From NCBI GenBank assembly GCA_002269645.1, contig NIVC01001205.1, forward strand, positions 248,001-312,000: 64,000 bases of DNA, read 5' to 3'. A model generated the notes under the pieces. It ran no database searches. It was not told where the DNA came from and was given only the letters and a program-made list of their open reading frames with translations. The position numbers were made by a program, and so were the translations under genes. Below, one piece after another: positions 12,297-23,910 of the stretch. This DNA is from Macrostomum lignano (Eukaryota). The stretch's first letter is position 1, and each line of letters begins with the position of its first letter.

Positions 12297-15200
12297 ATGA
12301 CTAAGCTCCACGCTGCCAAAGGAGCGACATTCTGTCTGCAAATAAATTTACAGCATTGCGTATCTGCGTCAGTAAATCTGATGAAGATTGCTGAGCTGTA
12401 CAGGCCAGGCCTCATCCTGATCCAGGAACCCTGGATGCGCAACGGTAAGTTGCCCAACATTCCCTCTGGCTACTCTGATTTTTATGTGTGTGGCCCGGGG
12501 AACAGCCGCCCTAGAGCGGCTATCCTCGCTGCTAGCCATCTCCAGGCTTGGCTGAGGACTGATCTCTCTGATGGAGACCTTTGCGTCATCCAATCTAATC
12601 ATTTCTCTCCGCGTACGTGTCTTGTTGCCTCGGTTTATATCCCAGGCGACAGAGACCCTGCTCCCGAGAGTTTACTGCGCCTTGCGCAGTACTGCGAGTC
12701 CCAGAACGCTGAGCTGTGCTTAGGGGGCGACCTCAACGCGCACCACAAGCACTGGGGCAGCAAAGATACCAACACTAGAGGAGAGGAGCTTCTGGCCCTC
12801 ATCTCTAACACAAACCTCATGCTCTGCAACCGCGGCAGCACTCCTACCTTTAATAATGGCAGATGGACCGAGGTCCTCGACGCCACACTCGTTACCCCAA
12901 GACTCTTTGACAGAGTCAAGGAGTGGAGAGTCTGGTCTGAGGAGCCCTCCCTGTCTGACCACTGCTTTATCGCCTTTAATATCGCGGACACTAAAACCCA
13001 GTCTCCGATCACTTGGAGACGCAATATCCGCAACACTGATTGGGCGGCCTACAAGGCTGCCCTTGATCTGCACCTGCAGGAACTCACGGACTTACGTCCG
13101 ATTGAGACCTGCGAGGATGTGGATCATATGGCTGAGACGCTGACAGGTTGCATTATTGCAGCCTACGAAGCGGCTTGTCCTGCTCGCGCCTACAGAGGCA
13201 AGACCTCGGCGCCGTGGTGGAACCCGGAGCTGGGGAAACTCAGGCGGAAGGCCAAAAGCCTTCATCGCCGTGCCATGAAGACCGGAAACCCGGAGGACAT
13301 GGAGCTTTTCCGGCAAGCCTCCCGCAATTTCAAATCTGAAGTGCGCAAGGCCAAGGAATGTAAGTGGCGCCAATTCTGCAATGAATTGGATCAAGACAGA
13401 CCTACTTCTAGGCTTGTCAAGGCCCTTACAATGGACAAAATGTCCAAATTAGCCATGATCAAAAAAGATGATGGCTCTCTTACTAAAGACCCTGAAGAAG
13501 TGCTTCAGCATATGCTTAGCACATTCTTCCCGAGGGTACCTACTGCTAGACCGGAGCCCAACCATTCGATGGATGGAGCCACCCTAGCGGCGGGCATTGT
13601 CACTGAAGACCTAATCGCTCGTGCGGTCAGAACCTTCAAACCCTTCAAATCTCCTGGACCTGATGGTATCTACCCTGTTCTCCTTCGTGAAGCAGCCAAG
13701 ATACCCTCGTTCCTGAGACTCACCCGCAATCTTATGCGGGCCTCTATCCAGCTGGGATACGTTCCCAAAAGCTGGACTGAAGCTCGAGTAGTCTTTATTC
13801 CCAAACCTGGGAAGGGTGACTACCAAAGCGTCAAGGCCTTCCGGCCAATTAGCTTAACGTCAGCAATGCTTAAGCTCACTGAGAGGCTTATTCTCTGGCG
13901 GCTGCTCTCCTGCGAGCTGACAGCGATGCCCCTCAGCAATAATCAGCACGCCTTCCGTACCGGGAGGTCGACTGACAGCGCCCTGCATGCGATTGTCGAA
14001 AAGATTGAACGGGCGGTACTGGGTGACGGTTACGCCCTGGCTCTCTTTCTTGACATTGTTGGCGCCTTCGACAACGTTATCTTTGAAGCGTTTCAGAGGG
14101 CCCTTCAAAATCGCAAAGCTCATGCTACCCTCATACGGTGGATCATGTACATGATCTCCAACCGTACGGTCACTGCCCAACTTCTTGGGCAAACTGCCTC
14201 CACCAGAGTCTGTAAGGGTGGACCCCAAGGCGGAGTCCTCACCCCGACGCTCTGGAACCTGGTCATGGACGCTCTTCTGAGTGACTCCCGACCTGACCCC
14301 GTCTTCAAAGTCGGGTATGCTGATGACGTCACGGCCATTGTGGCAGGACCGTCTCCCAGCACGCTCAGGGATCTGATGCAGAGCTTTATCCGCAAAGCAG
14401 AATCCTGGGCCAATGACAATGGTTTGGAACTCTCTGAGCCCAAAACCGTTGCCATTATGTTTACCAGCAGACTACGCTGGAACATACGTCCTCTGCAGCT
14501 CTACGGCAGAGATATTGCCTTCGCGCACCAGACCAGATGTCTCGGGGTCACACTTGACCACCGGCTCAACTGGTCCTTCCACGTGAAAGCAAAAGCTAAG
14601 CGTGCCTCAGCCATCCTGGCCCAGCTCCGACGAGCACTTGGCACTTCTTGGGGTCTATCCCCAAAGCGGCTTTGGTGGATCTATACTTCCGTAGTTAGAC
14701 CTGCCATTACGTACGCCTCTGTTGTCTGGGTTAGCGCTACCCAGGTCAAAAGCCATGCAGACCTGCTCAACACGATCCAAGGCAGAGCGTGTAGGCTCAT
14801 CTGCAACGCCACCAGGTCCACGCCCTTTGCTGGCATGGGGGCCTTTCTTAATCTTCCGCCTCTTGACCTCTTCATCAGGGGTGAGGCGGCTAGAACGACG
14901 CGGCGTCTAATTGATGCCGGCGTCAAATTCATTTACATGAGAGCACCTGCTAAGCGGAACCTTGTCCCGCATAGCGATCTGTGCCTCAACTTTCTCAACG
15001 AGTGTCAGGCCAATCGCGTCTTCACCGATGGCATTGCCTCAACGCTCAACCTGAGACAGCGCTACTCCGTAGCTATCGACTCGCGCGATAACATCAATGA
15101 CCATTGGAACCCTGGTGAGCTTCATTGCTACACCGACGGTTCTAAGCAGTCAGCCAACACCGGCTTTGGTGTTGGAATCTTTCTGAACGGGAGGGTCATC

Positions 15201-16037
15201 GCTACCCACGCTCAATACACTGGGGTCAACTCCAGTGTTTTCCAAAATGAAGTTCTGGCCATCAGCTCCTGCACTGCAGAGCTTCTCGCCACTGGCGTTA
15301 CTGGTAAGAACATCATTTTCCATTCGGACAGCCAAGCTGCCTTGCACGCCATCAGTGGCTGCAGCACCAACTCTGCTACAGTCCTTGACTGTATCAAACT
15401 CCTCAATGTGTTGGGTTCCGCCAACAAAATTACCCTTAAGTGGGTTCCGGGGCATGTGGGGATCCGAGGAAATGAGTTGGCTGACACCCTTGCAAAAGTT
15501 GGTGCCTCCGGCTCCTCTCTCGGCCCCGAACCTCTTGTCCCGATTCCTGGCTGTGTCATCGACTCGCGCATCAAAGCGTGGATCAGGACTCAGCACCGCT
15601 CGACTTGGGCGAACCGCACGAACTGCAGGCAATCCAGAGGCGCTGTCCCTCAGCCCTCTCACCAGCTCCGGAAGCTCCTCTTGCGCCTCTCGCGCAGAGA
15701 CATCCGGGCTGCCACCATGACCCTCTCTGGTCACGGCTGCTTCTCCAGGCACCAGTACCTGCAGGGCAACGCCACCAACGCCACCTGTAGTTTCTGCAAC
15801 TCAGGTGACGAAACCGCTGAGCATTTCGTCAGCATCTGTCCCGCCTTCACGCGGGCCAGACTCACTTACCTCGGGCCACACACATCTATTACTGAAGCGT
15901 GCAAACCCGAAAACTTTAATCAGCTCATGCGCTACCTTCGGGCCACCCGCAGGGCTGAACTCTCCTTTCCAGAGAGCACCATAGCTGCTGGCGACACTGG
16001 GGGACCTCCCTGGGCGGCGCCAACCCTCCGTCCATAG
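12297..16037 (+). CDS. LINE B ORF2: AP endonuclease + reverse transcriptase + RNase H + C-terminal zinc knuckle
   Basis: 1246 aa, uninterrupted. QINLQH, IQEPW, GGDLNAH, SDH (APE); [28 protein letters not shown] (RT); YTDGSK, E, SDSQAAL, WVPGH...NELAD (RNase H); CSFC...ETAEH...C. Confidence 0.95.
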   Translation: MTKLHAAKGATFCLQINLQHCVSASVNLMKIAELYRPGLILIQEPWMRNGKLPNIPSGYSDFYVCGPGNSRPRAAILAASHLQAWLRTDLSDGDLCVIQSNHFSPRTCLVASVYIPGDRDPAPESLLRLAQYCESQNAELCLGGDLNAHHKHWGSKDTNTRGEELLALISNTNLMLCNRGSTPTFNNGRWTEVLDATLVTPRLFDRVKEWRVWSEEPSLSDHCFIAFNIADTKTQSPITWRRNIRNTDWAAYKAALDLHLQELTDLRPIETCEDVDHMAETLTGCIIAAYEAACPARAYRGKTSAPWWNPELGKLRRKAKSLHRRAMKTGNPEDMELFRQASRNFKSEVRKAKECKWRQFCNELDQDRPTSRLVKALTMDKMSKLAMIKKDDGSLTKDPEEVLQHMLSTFFPRVPTARPEPNHSMDGATLAAGIVTEDLIARAVRTFKPFKSPGPDGIYPVLLREAAKIPSFLRLTRNLMRASIQLGYVPKSWTEARVVFIPKPGKGDYQSVKAFRPISLTSAMLKLTERLILWRLLSCELTAMPLSNNQHAFRTGRSTDSALHAIVEKIERAVLGDGYALALFLDIVGAFDNVIFEAFQRALQNRKAHATLIRWIMYMISNRTVTAQLLGQTASTRVCKGGPQGGVLTPTLWNLVMDALLSDSRPDPVFKVGYADDVTAIVAGPSPSTLRDLMQSFIRKAESWANDNGLELSEPKTVAIMFTSRLRWNIRPLQLYGRDIAFAHQTRCLGVTLDHRLNWSFHVKAKAKRASAILAQLRRALGTSWGLSPKRLWWIYTSVVRPAITYASVVWVSATQVKSHADLLNTIQGRACRLICNATRSTPFAGMGAFLNLPPLDLFIRGEAARTTRRLIDAGVKFIYMRAPAKRNLVPHSDLCLNFLNECQANRVFTDGIASTLNLRQRYSVAIDSRDNINDHWNPGELHCYTDGSKQSANTGFGVGIFLNGRVIATHAQYTGVNSSVFQNEVLAISSCTAELLATGVTGKNIIFHSDSQAALHAISGCSTNSATVLDCIKLLNVLGSANKITLKWVPGHVGIRGNELADTLAKVGASGSSLGPEPLVPIPGCVIDSRIKAWIRTQHRSTWANRTNCRQSRGAVPQPSHQLRKLLLRLSRRDIRAATMTLSGHGCFSRHQYLQGNATNATCSFCNSGDETAEHFVSICPAFTRARLTYLGPHTSITEACKPENFNQLMRYLRATRRAELSFPESTIAAGDTGGPPWAAPTLRP

Positions 16038-16136
16038 CGACGCGTCGGCCGTTCAGGGACTAGCGGAATGGGCGCCCGCGCCTTCCCGCTGTGTCCCCTC
16101 CGGGACAGCCCTGCAGCTAAGTCAAGTAAGTCAAAG

Positions 16137-19100
16137 TCGCTCAGGGCCAGCCGAGGCTTTCTCATCGCGCCTGCGACGGGTGACGACCTGGAAGCCGGCA
16201 TTTTGAGATGCAGCGGGGGGGGAGACCTTGGCGAGGTGCGGGGGTTTCCGCGGGATTCGCGGCAGAGTCAACCTCCATGTTGGAGGGTTGGGGGATTGGG
16301 GGATTGGATTGAGCCAGCTCCGTGGAGCTACCCTCTGCCACGGTAAACAGCAGAGAAGCTTTGGGTTGCCGTCTTATCCCAGGATTGCTCCCAGGCGAGG
16401 CTCCGGCAGGCCCCCCGGTCCACACTCTGCAAGATCAGGGAGCGGGAGGCCGGCTGCGGGCTTGGACACAGGCAGGCCCCAGGTCGGGTCGCCAGTTGCC
16501 GTTTGCCCCCCAACACAGTCGGAAACTCTTCTTGTGGATGCGTTCTCAAAAGTTTAGTAAAATTTTGCGAGAGCGTAGAAGCATAGTAAGCCATGCAGGC
16601 AATTTATAACTATAGTGCTACTGCACGAATGATAAGAAATCACTTTAAGCACTTGATTGACCAGGTAACCACGATACCATATTTCTCAACAGTTTTAGAG
16701 GTTTCACTTTTACAGCTACTGTAACACGGACTTGTACAGCTGGTGTTACAGGGACTTGTACAGCTACTGCTACAGGGACTTGTACAACTACTGTTACAGA
16801 CTTGTACAGCTACTGTTAAAGGGACTTGTACAGCTACTCTTACAGGGACTTGTACAACTACTGTTACAGACTTGTACAGCTACTGTTACAGGAACTTGTA
16901 CAGCTACTGTTACAGGGACTTGTACAGCTGGTGCTACAGAACAGAGACTTGTGCAGCCGCCTGTAGTGTGAGCATCTTTTGCGTGAATTTTGTTAGTTAA
17001 TTGATTGTATTAGTTTCTATATTGTTATTGAATTATTATTTTGCTTTAGTTAGTCACGTTTTCAATGTACTTTTCTTGTTAGTTAGAATCCAATTTTGCG
17101 TAAACAGGCTAGAAGTCAGACACCAACTGTGACTCAGCGGAGGGTTGAGTTTTTCTGCGAACCCAGCTTTGCGCGGCCAGCCAATCAGAACCGGCCTGGA
17201 CCCTGGCACGCGGCAAGTTCCAGTTCTACCCGGCGCCGCGGGCGCAGTGCAATTCGGCTTAGCGAGCGGCCGGCCAGACGACCACCACCCGGCTTGAGGG
17301 GGGTTTTGAGGGGTTTGAAAGTGTGTTTGGCAATCGGATCTCACTTCCCTTCTGTTTTTCCCCCTCTGTTCTTCTTTCCCCGGCTTTGATTTTGTCCCGG
17401 CTTCCCGGCCGTTTGCCGATCTGTTTGGTTCGCGCTTTGAGGCACCTGAGTAACTGAGTTCATCACCCCGGTCCATATTTTTGTTCCCTTGCCCGACCGC
17501 TTCAGTCTTGTAGCGTAACGATACGGCAAATTCCTGTCTGAAGTCGAAGTGAAGCTATTAAGCGCGGTCTAGTTAGAGACTGTCAGATTTGACCAAGTAC
17601 GTGGCCTCGACCCAGAGGGCCTCAGTGTCACACTGAAGGGCAGCGCTGATAGAATTTAGTCAGTGCTCTGTTGAACGGTCGGTTCGGCAGGGCTCTCGTT
17701 TGAGTGTAGATTCTGGTTTAGGCCAGGGGTTAGAAGTCTTCTCCGTGGTCCTGTGTTCGGTTCCTCTTCTTTCTCAGCTGAGATCTGCTTGCCATTGCGT
17801 AACTAAGTTATTACTAATCGTTTGTCTCGTTATCATTTTCCGCTATTATCAGTTCGAAATTATCTGCGCCGCGAATTGCATTGAAGCTTGTAACTTGAAG
17901 TAATCAAATTAAATCGTCCAGCCAATTATCAGTCTGTATCATATAGGATTATCACTCTCTAAATCTATTCGGTTCGTGTTCATCTGCGTCCTTCCTTTTC
18001 TTGTACCGTACTGTGACTATTTGAGAAAGACTGGTAGGACTCGCCGACCGGCGATAGGCGATTAGGGCCAATAGCTTTAAAATCTCCGAACGCTCCAAGT
18101 AGGTTTGTCTAGGGCCTAAATAATTGCTTATCGTGCATGCTATATACATTTATTGTATCTATCACAAGTGGAGCCCCTGGGAATCCAATAGTTAGCAGGC
18201 GGCAGTTTATTGGTAGGCGCTCTAAGTGAGCAAGCTGAGACTAAAACTCAACGAGTCTGTTCCAGGCTCGTAGCGGCTATTTCGTCAACCACGCAGTGTG
18301 CAGCAATTCCGCATTAGGTGTGGTTTTGCGGTTGGCCAGTTACCCCAAAATACTGAATAGGATTTAGGAGTGGGAAAAAATTGACTTTTTTAAAACTAAA
18401 TTTTTGCACTTTGATAGAAACTTGCGTGTGCCAGTAGATTTTGTTGACAGTTTAAAAATTTTATTAGTGTTTATTAGCATAGTCTGCGAGTGCGCGCACT
18501 AGAGAGTACACCGGTTAAATTTTTATCAGTGTACATTCAGTTTTCTTATCAGTTATTGCCAGTGCGAGCGAGGCGACCGATTCCGCTCAGTAGATAAAAT
18601 AGGAAGCTAGATTATTGAATCTGTTATAACCTTACAAGTTGTACTTTCTGAAGTTGCAGTAATAGAAATTCCGATTGATTGAAACTTAGCAATGGCGCAA
18701 GACGGAGAAATAAGTCAAGAATCGAAATCAGTTGAGATTAGGAACGAAGGCGAAGTAGATGAGGCCGAACACTTGAGAACGGTAGTGAGAGAACTGCAGG
18801 AACGCATAAGAAGAATGGAAACCGAAAATCCTGAACCTAGAGTGATTTTGAAGTCGCATAACAGCGTAGCAAAGCCCAAGCCATACCGACTTGGCTCAGA
18901 TTTTGAACTGTTTCTAAGAATCTTCAACAACTACTGTCAAGGCAACGGTATAGATGAATCGGCTAAAGTGTATCAACTATTGTCGCTCCTAGACGAAGAC
19001 GCCTATAAGGTTTACATTAACTTAGGCCTAGCGAGCACCGAACCTTTTGAAAGCATTGAAAAGACTTTAAAGGACAAATTCAAGCCCGTAGGACAGAAGG

Positions 19101-19544
19101 AAGAGGCGAAGCTAGAGCTGATGAACCGCAGGCAGAAGGAAGATGAATCATTAGAAGAATTCTACGATGCGCTAGTTGAATTAGTTAGGAAAGTAGGACT
19201 AGAGAGTCAGGCTAGAGAGCGAGTCTCTGAACGATTCGAAGCCAGCATAGCAAATTACAAAGTAAGGCGCGCAGTCATCGCTTATCGTAGAACGCATGAG
19301 TCGAAATATCAGACGCAAGATTTGTTGACCGCAGCGAAGAACGAGGAGATCCTCGAAGAACTCTCAAACCCAGGCAGCCAAAAGAATAGGAGGAAGCAAG
19401 AGGGCTCAAATACTCTGACGGCTCAAGTAGAAAAGGAAGCGAAGAAGCCAGTGGCAGCACCCGGTGCGGGGCAAGGCCATCAGTCATTTGGACCTCAGTT
19501 TGCTTCCCCGCCGGCCAACTATCCTTCGCAGTACCAACCGTACC
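16137..19544 (+). repeat. 3.4-kb direct repeat, copy 2
   Basis: Starts immediately after the LINE B tail; offset 9307-9309 from copy 1. Confidence 0.95.
16533..18166 (+). mobile_element. Duplicate 5' LTR of the gypsy-like element
   Basis: Near-identical to 7224-8858; PBS-like motif at 18169. Confidence 0.75.
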
Positions 19545-19861
19545 AGAATTATCAGCCTCAGTTTGACTACAGGCAATGGCAACCTAGGTTTGCCCATAGA
19601 CAGATGAATTCAAGCTATAGGCCACAGGCACCAGTGCAGCCTCCGAATAGCTTCCGGCCACAGCACCATATGAGCAGTTATTCGAGACCCTATAATAGGC
19701 AGTCTTCGCCCTTTGTCAGGCCCGTCATGACACGCCCGCCACGCTTTGGTCACGAGGCCGGAGGGGCCAATGACAGGTTCAAACCTTCGGGGGCGAACGC
19801 GCCAAATGCGAGAAAGGCCTGTTATGAGTGTGGCGACGAATATCAGCGTTCAAAACGCTGA
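18692..19861 (+). CDS. gag of the gypsy-like element, truncated within its zinc knuckle; no pol follows
   Basis: 389-aa ORF with capsid-like region, Q/P/R-rich linker and a half knuckle CYECGDEY, then unrelated sequence. Confidence 0.85.
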   Translation: MAQDGEISQESKSVEIRNEGEVDEAEHLRTVVRELQERIRRMETENPEPRVILKSHNSVAKPKPYRLGSDFELFLRIFNNYCQGNGIDESAKVYQLLSLLDEDAYKVYINLGLASTEPFESIEKTLKDKFKPVGQKEEAKLELMNRRQKEDESLEEFYDALVELVRKVGLESQARERVSERFEASIANYKVRRAVIAYRRTHESKYQTQDLLTAAKNEEILEELSNPGSQKNRRKQEGSNTLTAQVEKEAKKPVAAPGAGQGHQSFGPQFASPPANYPSQYQPYQNYQPQFDYRQWQPRFAHRQMNSSYRPQAPVQPPNSFRPQHHMSSYSRPYNRQSSPFVRPVMTRPPRFGHEAGGANDRFKPSGANAPNARKACYECGDEYQRSKR

Positions 19862-21214
19862 TATGCTATTACAAACTTATCATAGATATTTAATGTTAGA
19901 CCCACCCATTTGCCTGCACTAAAACAGCCACGCAGACCATGCGTGCCCTCTCTGTGTTAGTTTATCTAACTGCCTAACTATGCAAAAAAGCAAATAAGAT
20001 GGGTGGGGCGGAAAAATATCACGCCACTACCCAACGCTGCATTATAAATACAATGCAATTGAAAGAGCCGAGGCTCTCCACTGCCGAGTTGAGTAGAGTT
20101 TGAGCTCAAACCTAAGAAAAGGACTTGTCTCAGTTCTTCGAAGCTTCTGTCTGTCGTGGCAGAGGGTTAGCAGGCGTGTAAGGTAGTTGGCGTGAGAGGC
20201 CTTTCAGAGACTACCGTTAAACGACCTGTTACAACGAAAGCAACCTGGCCAGAGACTGTCCAACTAGACGAAATTCTTTAAACTACCGACGGGGCGGCAC
20301 CAAGGGAGGGCCAACCGCCCCCAGCCACTGAATCGATTCGCTCCCAATAGAAGAGCTGCAGCAGTAGAAGATCAGCAAGTTAGATTAGGCAATGAAGAAT
20401 ATGGCAACTTAGTTTGGTATAATTATTACAGAGGCTACGGATTTCTGCGAGATAGCAATAATAGATATATTTTCTTTCATGTGACTAATATTAATATAGC
20501 GACTGATTACGAAATTACGCACTTTCTGCGCCAGAGGGCGACAGTAAAATTTATCCGCACTAGCGATAACTACTCAGTAGGAAACAGAGAGCAGTCAATG
20601 TTAAAATTTGCTCAAGCGAGGAACGCAGATTAGCAGAAATCGATAAACAGAAGTCAGCGAGCTTAGCCAGACAGTCAGAGCAATTGACAGAAGAATTAGA
20701 GAAGCGAAGCGAAGCTGCGGCAGCTCAGAGAAGTGCATTAAACAGCATAGACTTGCGACTCAGTGACGTAGAAGGCAAGAAAGCTTCATCAGACGAATCG
20801 AAAGTAGTAAAAGAATTGTCAGAACTTAGAACCGAACTGAAGGACTTTCCAGGAAGGCACAATCATCTGCGTCAATGCATATTTGAGTTGCTTTTTTGGC
20901 TCGTTAATTGTTGATTTTATTTAATAAACGCCAGTAAAAAGGCCAGGCCAGCAAGCTTGAAACCCTCTCTATTCCAATTATAGCTGAGATTGAATTTTGC
21001 ATCAATTCTGCGCAAACGTTTACCCCTGATTCAGATGTTAAAAAAAAATCGGAGAAATTCTGCTTGTCTCAGAGCTGCTTCTGCGCAATTTCGTTCGTTC
21101 TGAGCGGACAGCTCTGCTGTCCGAGCCACCTGTCTGCTCGAATGGATAAATACCGACTCACAATGCCTGCTCAAATTTGCAACTCAAAGTGGCCGCTCCA
21201 ATCAGCGACTCCCA

Positions 21215-23122
21215 TTGGCGACTCAGCAAATGCAGCACCGCCAGCTACTCGCTGCCTGCCTCGCCGCAGCCACTGCAGCTCTGCTGCTCACCGGCGCCGC
21301 CTCTGCTCAGTGTCCCGGACACGGCTGGACACACCGAGCTCACTCATGCTACAAGTGGTTCAGCGAGCCGAACTACTGGTTTCAGGCCGAGCAGACGTGT
21401 CTGTCTCACCGGGCTCACCTCGCGTCCATCCAAAGTGAGCAAGAGAACCGACTGGTAGGCCGACTGTCTCACTGCAGAGACGCCTGGATCGGTTTGTTCG
21501 GCACCGACCTCGACCGTCTGGCCGACCCTACAAGCTACAGGTGGACGGACGGCGTAGGCGGCGTAGGGAGCTTCGAGAGACACAACTTCTCTCAGCTGGA
21601 CAGCGTTCACAAGCCTCTGATCCGAAGTGACGGTGAGTGGTGGCTCAACTCGCTGTATCACGAGCGGCACCCGTTTGTGTGCAAGTTGAGCGCCAACTCC
21701 AGCAGTCTCGTCGACTGGTGGTGGCGGTCGAAGGGCCGATGTCCCAGCGGCTGGTGGCTGCACGACGAGCAGTGCTACGTGATGCCGCAGTTTGAAGCCA
21801 ACTTCAACGAGGCCAACTTCTACTGCCAGCGAAACTCGTCGCAGCTGGCGTCGGTGCTCACCCAGTCTGAGCTGGACTTTGTGAACAAGCTCAGCTTCGG
21901 AATCGACAGCTGCGAGTCGGCAGAGCTGCTCGACTCGGTATGGCTCGGCCTCATCAAGCTGAACCCCTGCTTCCCTGACAGTGCGGGTCGCGAGCTCTGC
22001 TACCAGTGGACGGATTTCTCAGGGAAACACGACAACAAGCTGCCCGCATGGGAGACTGGACACCCGGACAGTGCGGACTGGACTGTGAACTGCGTCACGC
22101 TGTCAGCTGGTCGACTGCGCAGCGATAGGTGCCACAGCAGGCACAGGTTCGTGTGCAAGACGGAGGCATCGGACGGCACCTCCACACCTGACGGAGGCGT
22201 CACCTCTGCGCCTGACGGAGGCGTCACCTCTGCGCCTGACGGAGGCGTCACCTCCACACCTGACGGAGGCGTCACCTCTGCACCTGACGGAGGCGTCACC
22301 TCTGCGCCTGACGGAGGCGTCACCTCCACACCTGACGGAGGCGTCACCTCCACACCTGACGGAGGCGTCACCTCTGCACCTGACGGAGGCGTCACCTCTG
22401 CACCTGACGGAGGCGTCCCTCCACCAGTTGACGGCCTCGTGGCTGCGTTCGACTTCAGGAAGAGCCTCGACAATCTGGTGGACCCGCGCACCTTCGCCAT
22501 CGAGGACCAGTTCGGCGTGGAGAGATCGGCAGAGGACGGGGCCTGCTTCAAGCAGAATTCCAGTGCCAGATACAGGGAGTTCTACAATGTCGGAGCTCCT
22601 GTGGCATTCAATGAGTCGATCTGGAACGCAGCAGAGTGGACCATGTACTTCAGGCTGACTCGGAGCAGCGGCAGCTTTGTTCGGTTTCTGTCGGTCCCGA
22701 GCGACCATTTGCGCCCGGATTGGAGGGAAAGCCTTATTGCTGGCATTGATCAATATTCGGGGGACAGGTTTATATTTTATTTTAGACAAAATGACCTTGG
22801 AAACTCAACGCATTTCCGTTGGCATGGCAACGACCACGACTTCAACGGGTCGGGCTGTGTTGGCAGCTGGTGCGACATTCGGCTGGCAATGAAAAACCGC
22901 ATTTTGGATTCTCCTGCCATCGGAAAGCCGCTGAGCGTTCACTATTGGAACTCGACAATCAGTGCTTATGAACTGGGACTGCAGCAGCTGCGGCTCGGAA
23001 ATGTTTATTCATATTATGATTATTATTCTTCACAGCGGCTCTGCATGAGGTGCTTCGGAGTCGCCCGCAGGCAGCTGAGCGCCGATGAGGTGCGGCAGGC
23101 AATGTCGGCCTTCTGCCCCTGA
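21215..23122 (+). CDS. Secreted lectin, copy 2 (2 CTLD + 10-unit stalk + LamG/pentraxin-like domain)
   Basis: 635-aa ORF paralogous to 525-2540; N-half near identical, C-terminal domain diverged. Confidence 0.9.
   Translation: MATQQMQHRQLLAACLAAATAALLLTGAASAQCPGHGWTHRAHSCYKWFSEPNYWFQAEQTCLSHRAHLASIQSEQENRLVGRLSHCRDAWIGLFGTDLDRLADPTSYRWTDGVGGVGSFERHNFSQLDSVHKPLIRSDGEWWLNSLYHERHPFVCKLSANSSSLVDWWWRSKGRCPSGWWLHDEQCYVMPQFEANFNEANFYCQRNSSQLASVLTQSELDFVNKLSFGIDSCESAELLDSVWLGLIKLNPCFPDSAGRELCYQWTDFSGKHDNKLPAWETGHPDSADWTVNCVTLSAGRLRSDRCHSRHRFVCKTEASDGTSTPDGGVTSAPDGGVTSAPDGGVTSTPDGGVTSAPDGGVTSAPDGGVTSTPDGGVTSTPDGGVTSAPDGGVTSAPDGGVPPPVDGLVAAFDFRKSLDNLVDPRTFAIEDQFGVERSAEDGACFKQNSSARYREFYNVGAPVAFNESIWNAAEWTMYFRLTRSSGSFVRFLSVPSDHLRPDWRESLIAGIDQYSGDRFIFYFRQNDLGNSTHFRWHGNDHDFNGSGCVGSWCDIRLAMKNRILDSPAIGKPLSVHYWNSTISAYELGLQQLRLGNVYSYYDYYSSQRLCMRCFGVARRQLSADEVRQAMSAFCP
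22181..22420 (+). repeat. Coding 24-bp tandem repeat (about 10 units)
   Basis: Same unit as in copy 1, five units fewer. Confidence 0.95.
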
Positions 23123-23261
23123 GGCTGCGGACTGTGGCACTTCGAGACTGGTGGTCAATAAAGCCATTTATTGCTAATGCTGACTTTGTTTCCAAAATAC
23201 ACTGCAGCTTAAGGGAAAGCAATTATTTTGTTTTGTTTCTAGTTTTGTCTTTTACCGAGAA

Positions 23262-23262
<1 letters not shown>

Positions 23263-23294
<32 letters not shown>

Positions 23295-23338
23295 ATGTGT
23301 CTGTCCGTCTGTCTGACTTAGTGTCTGTCTGTCTGTCG
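23263..23338. repeat. Short (TCTG)n microsatellite
   Basis: Same position relative to the lectin 3' end as the long tract at 2682. Confidence 0.85.
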
Positions 23339-23910
23339 ATCTGGAAGCAGCTACTAGCTAGTCGTAGCCGTAGAACTAATCGTACTAGCTCTATAGTGCA
23401 ACCAGGAGTGTGCTGTGCCGTTTTACGTGCACATGAAAATATATAACGAAAATCTGTTTAACAATCCGCTGATAGGTTCGTTGATAGCTTTCTATTACTT
23501 TGAGGAGCTGCAAAGGTGCTTGATATTTTTGAGATTATGAAGACAGTAAGTTGTTTCAATTGGTTTTAAAAATCTGTATTTAGTATAAGGTGGATATATA
23601 GTTGCTTTTATTCAAGCCGTAGAATATAAGCTTTATTAAACAAACAAATTTACAAAGCTTTTTGACCCATCGATTCTGATTAGTAATGGAATCTTCGTGT
23701 TAATAAGTTTATAAAACTAAAATATAAGCATAATAATGTATTTCTACTTTTAATCTGCTAGAAGATTTGAGTTAGCACAATTTGACTATGAAGTTTCAAT
23801 CCTTTTTCGTTAAGTTTTCACTTTCCAAGCATCATTGTACAGAATATATAGTCAATCTATTTTTTGCTGTAGTTATCATAGACGCTTACTCTTAAAGATT
23901 TACCATAAGG

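Larger units (their letters stand above)
10238..16136 (+). mobile_element. LINE B: apparently full-length, intact LOA-like non-LTR retrotransposon (5.9 kb)
   Basis: About 510-nt 5' UTR, two open ORFs, short 3' UTR and simple-repeat tail AAGTCAAGTAAGTCAAAG. Both junctions are defined by the flanking duplication. Confidence 0.92.
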
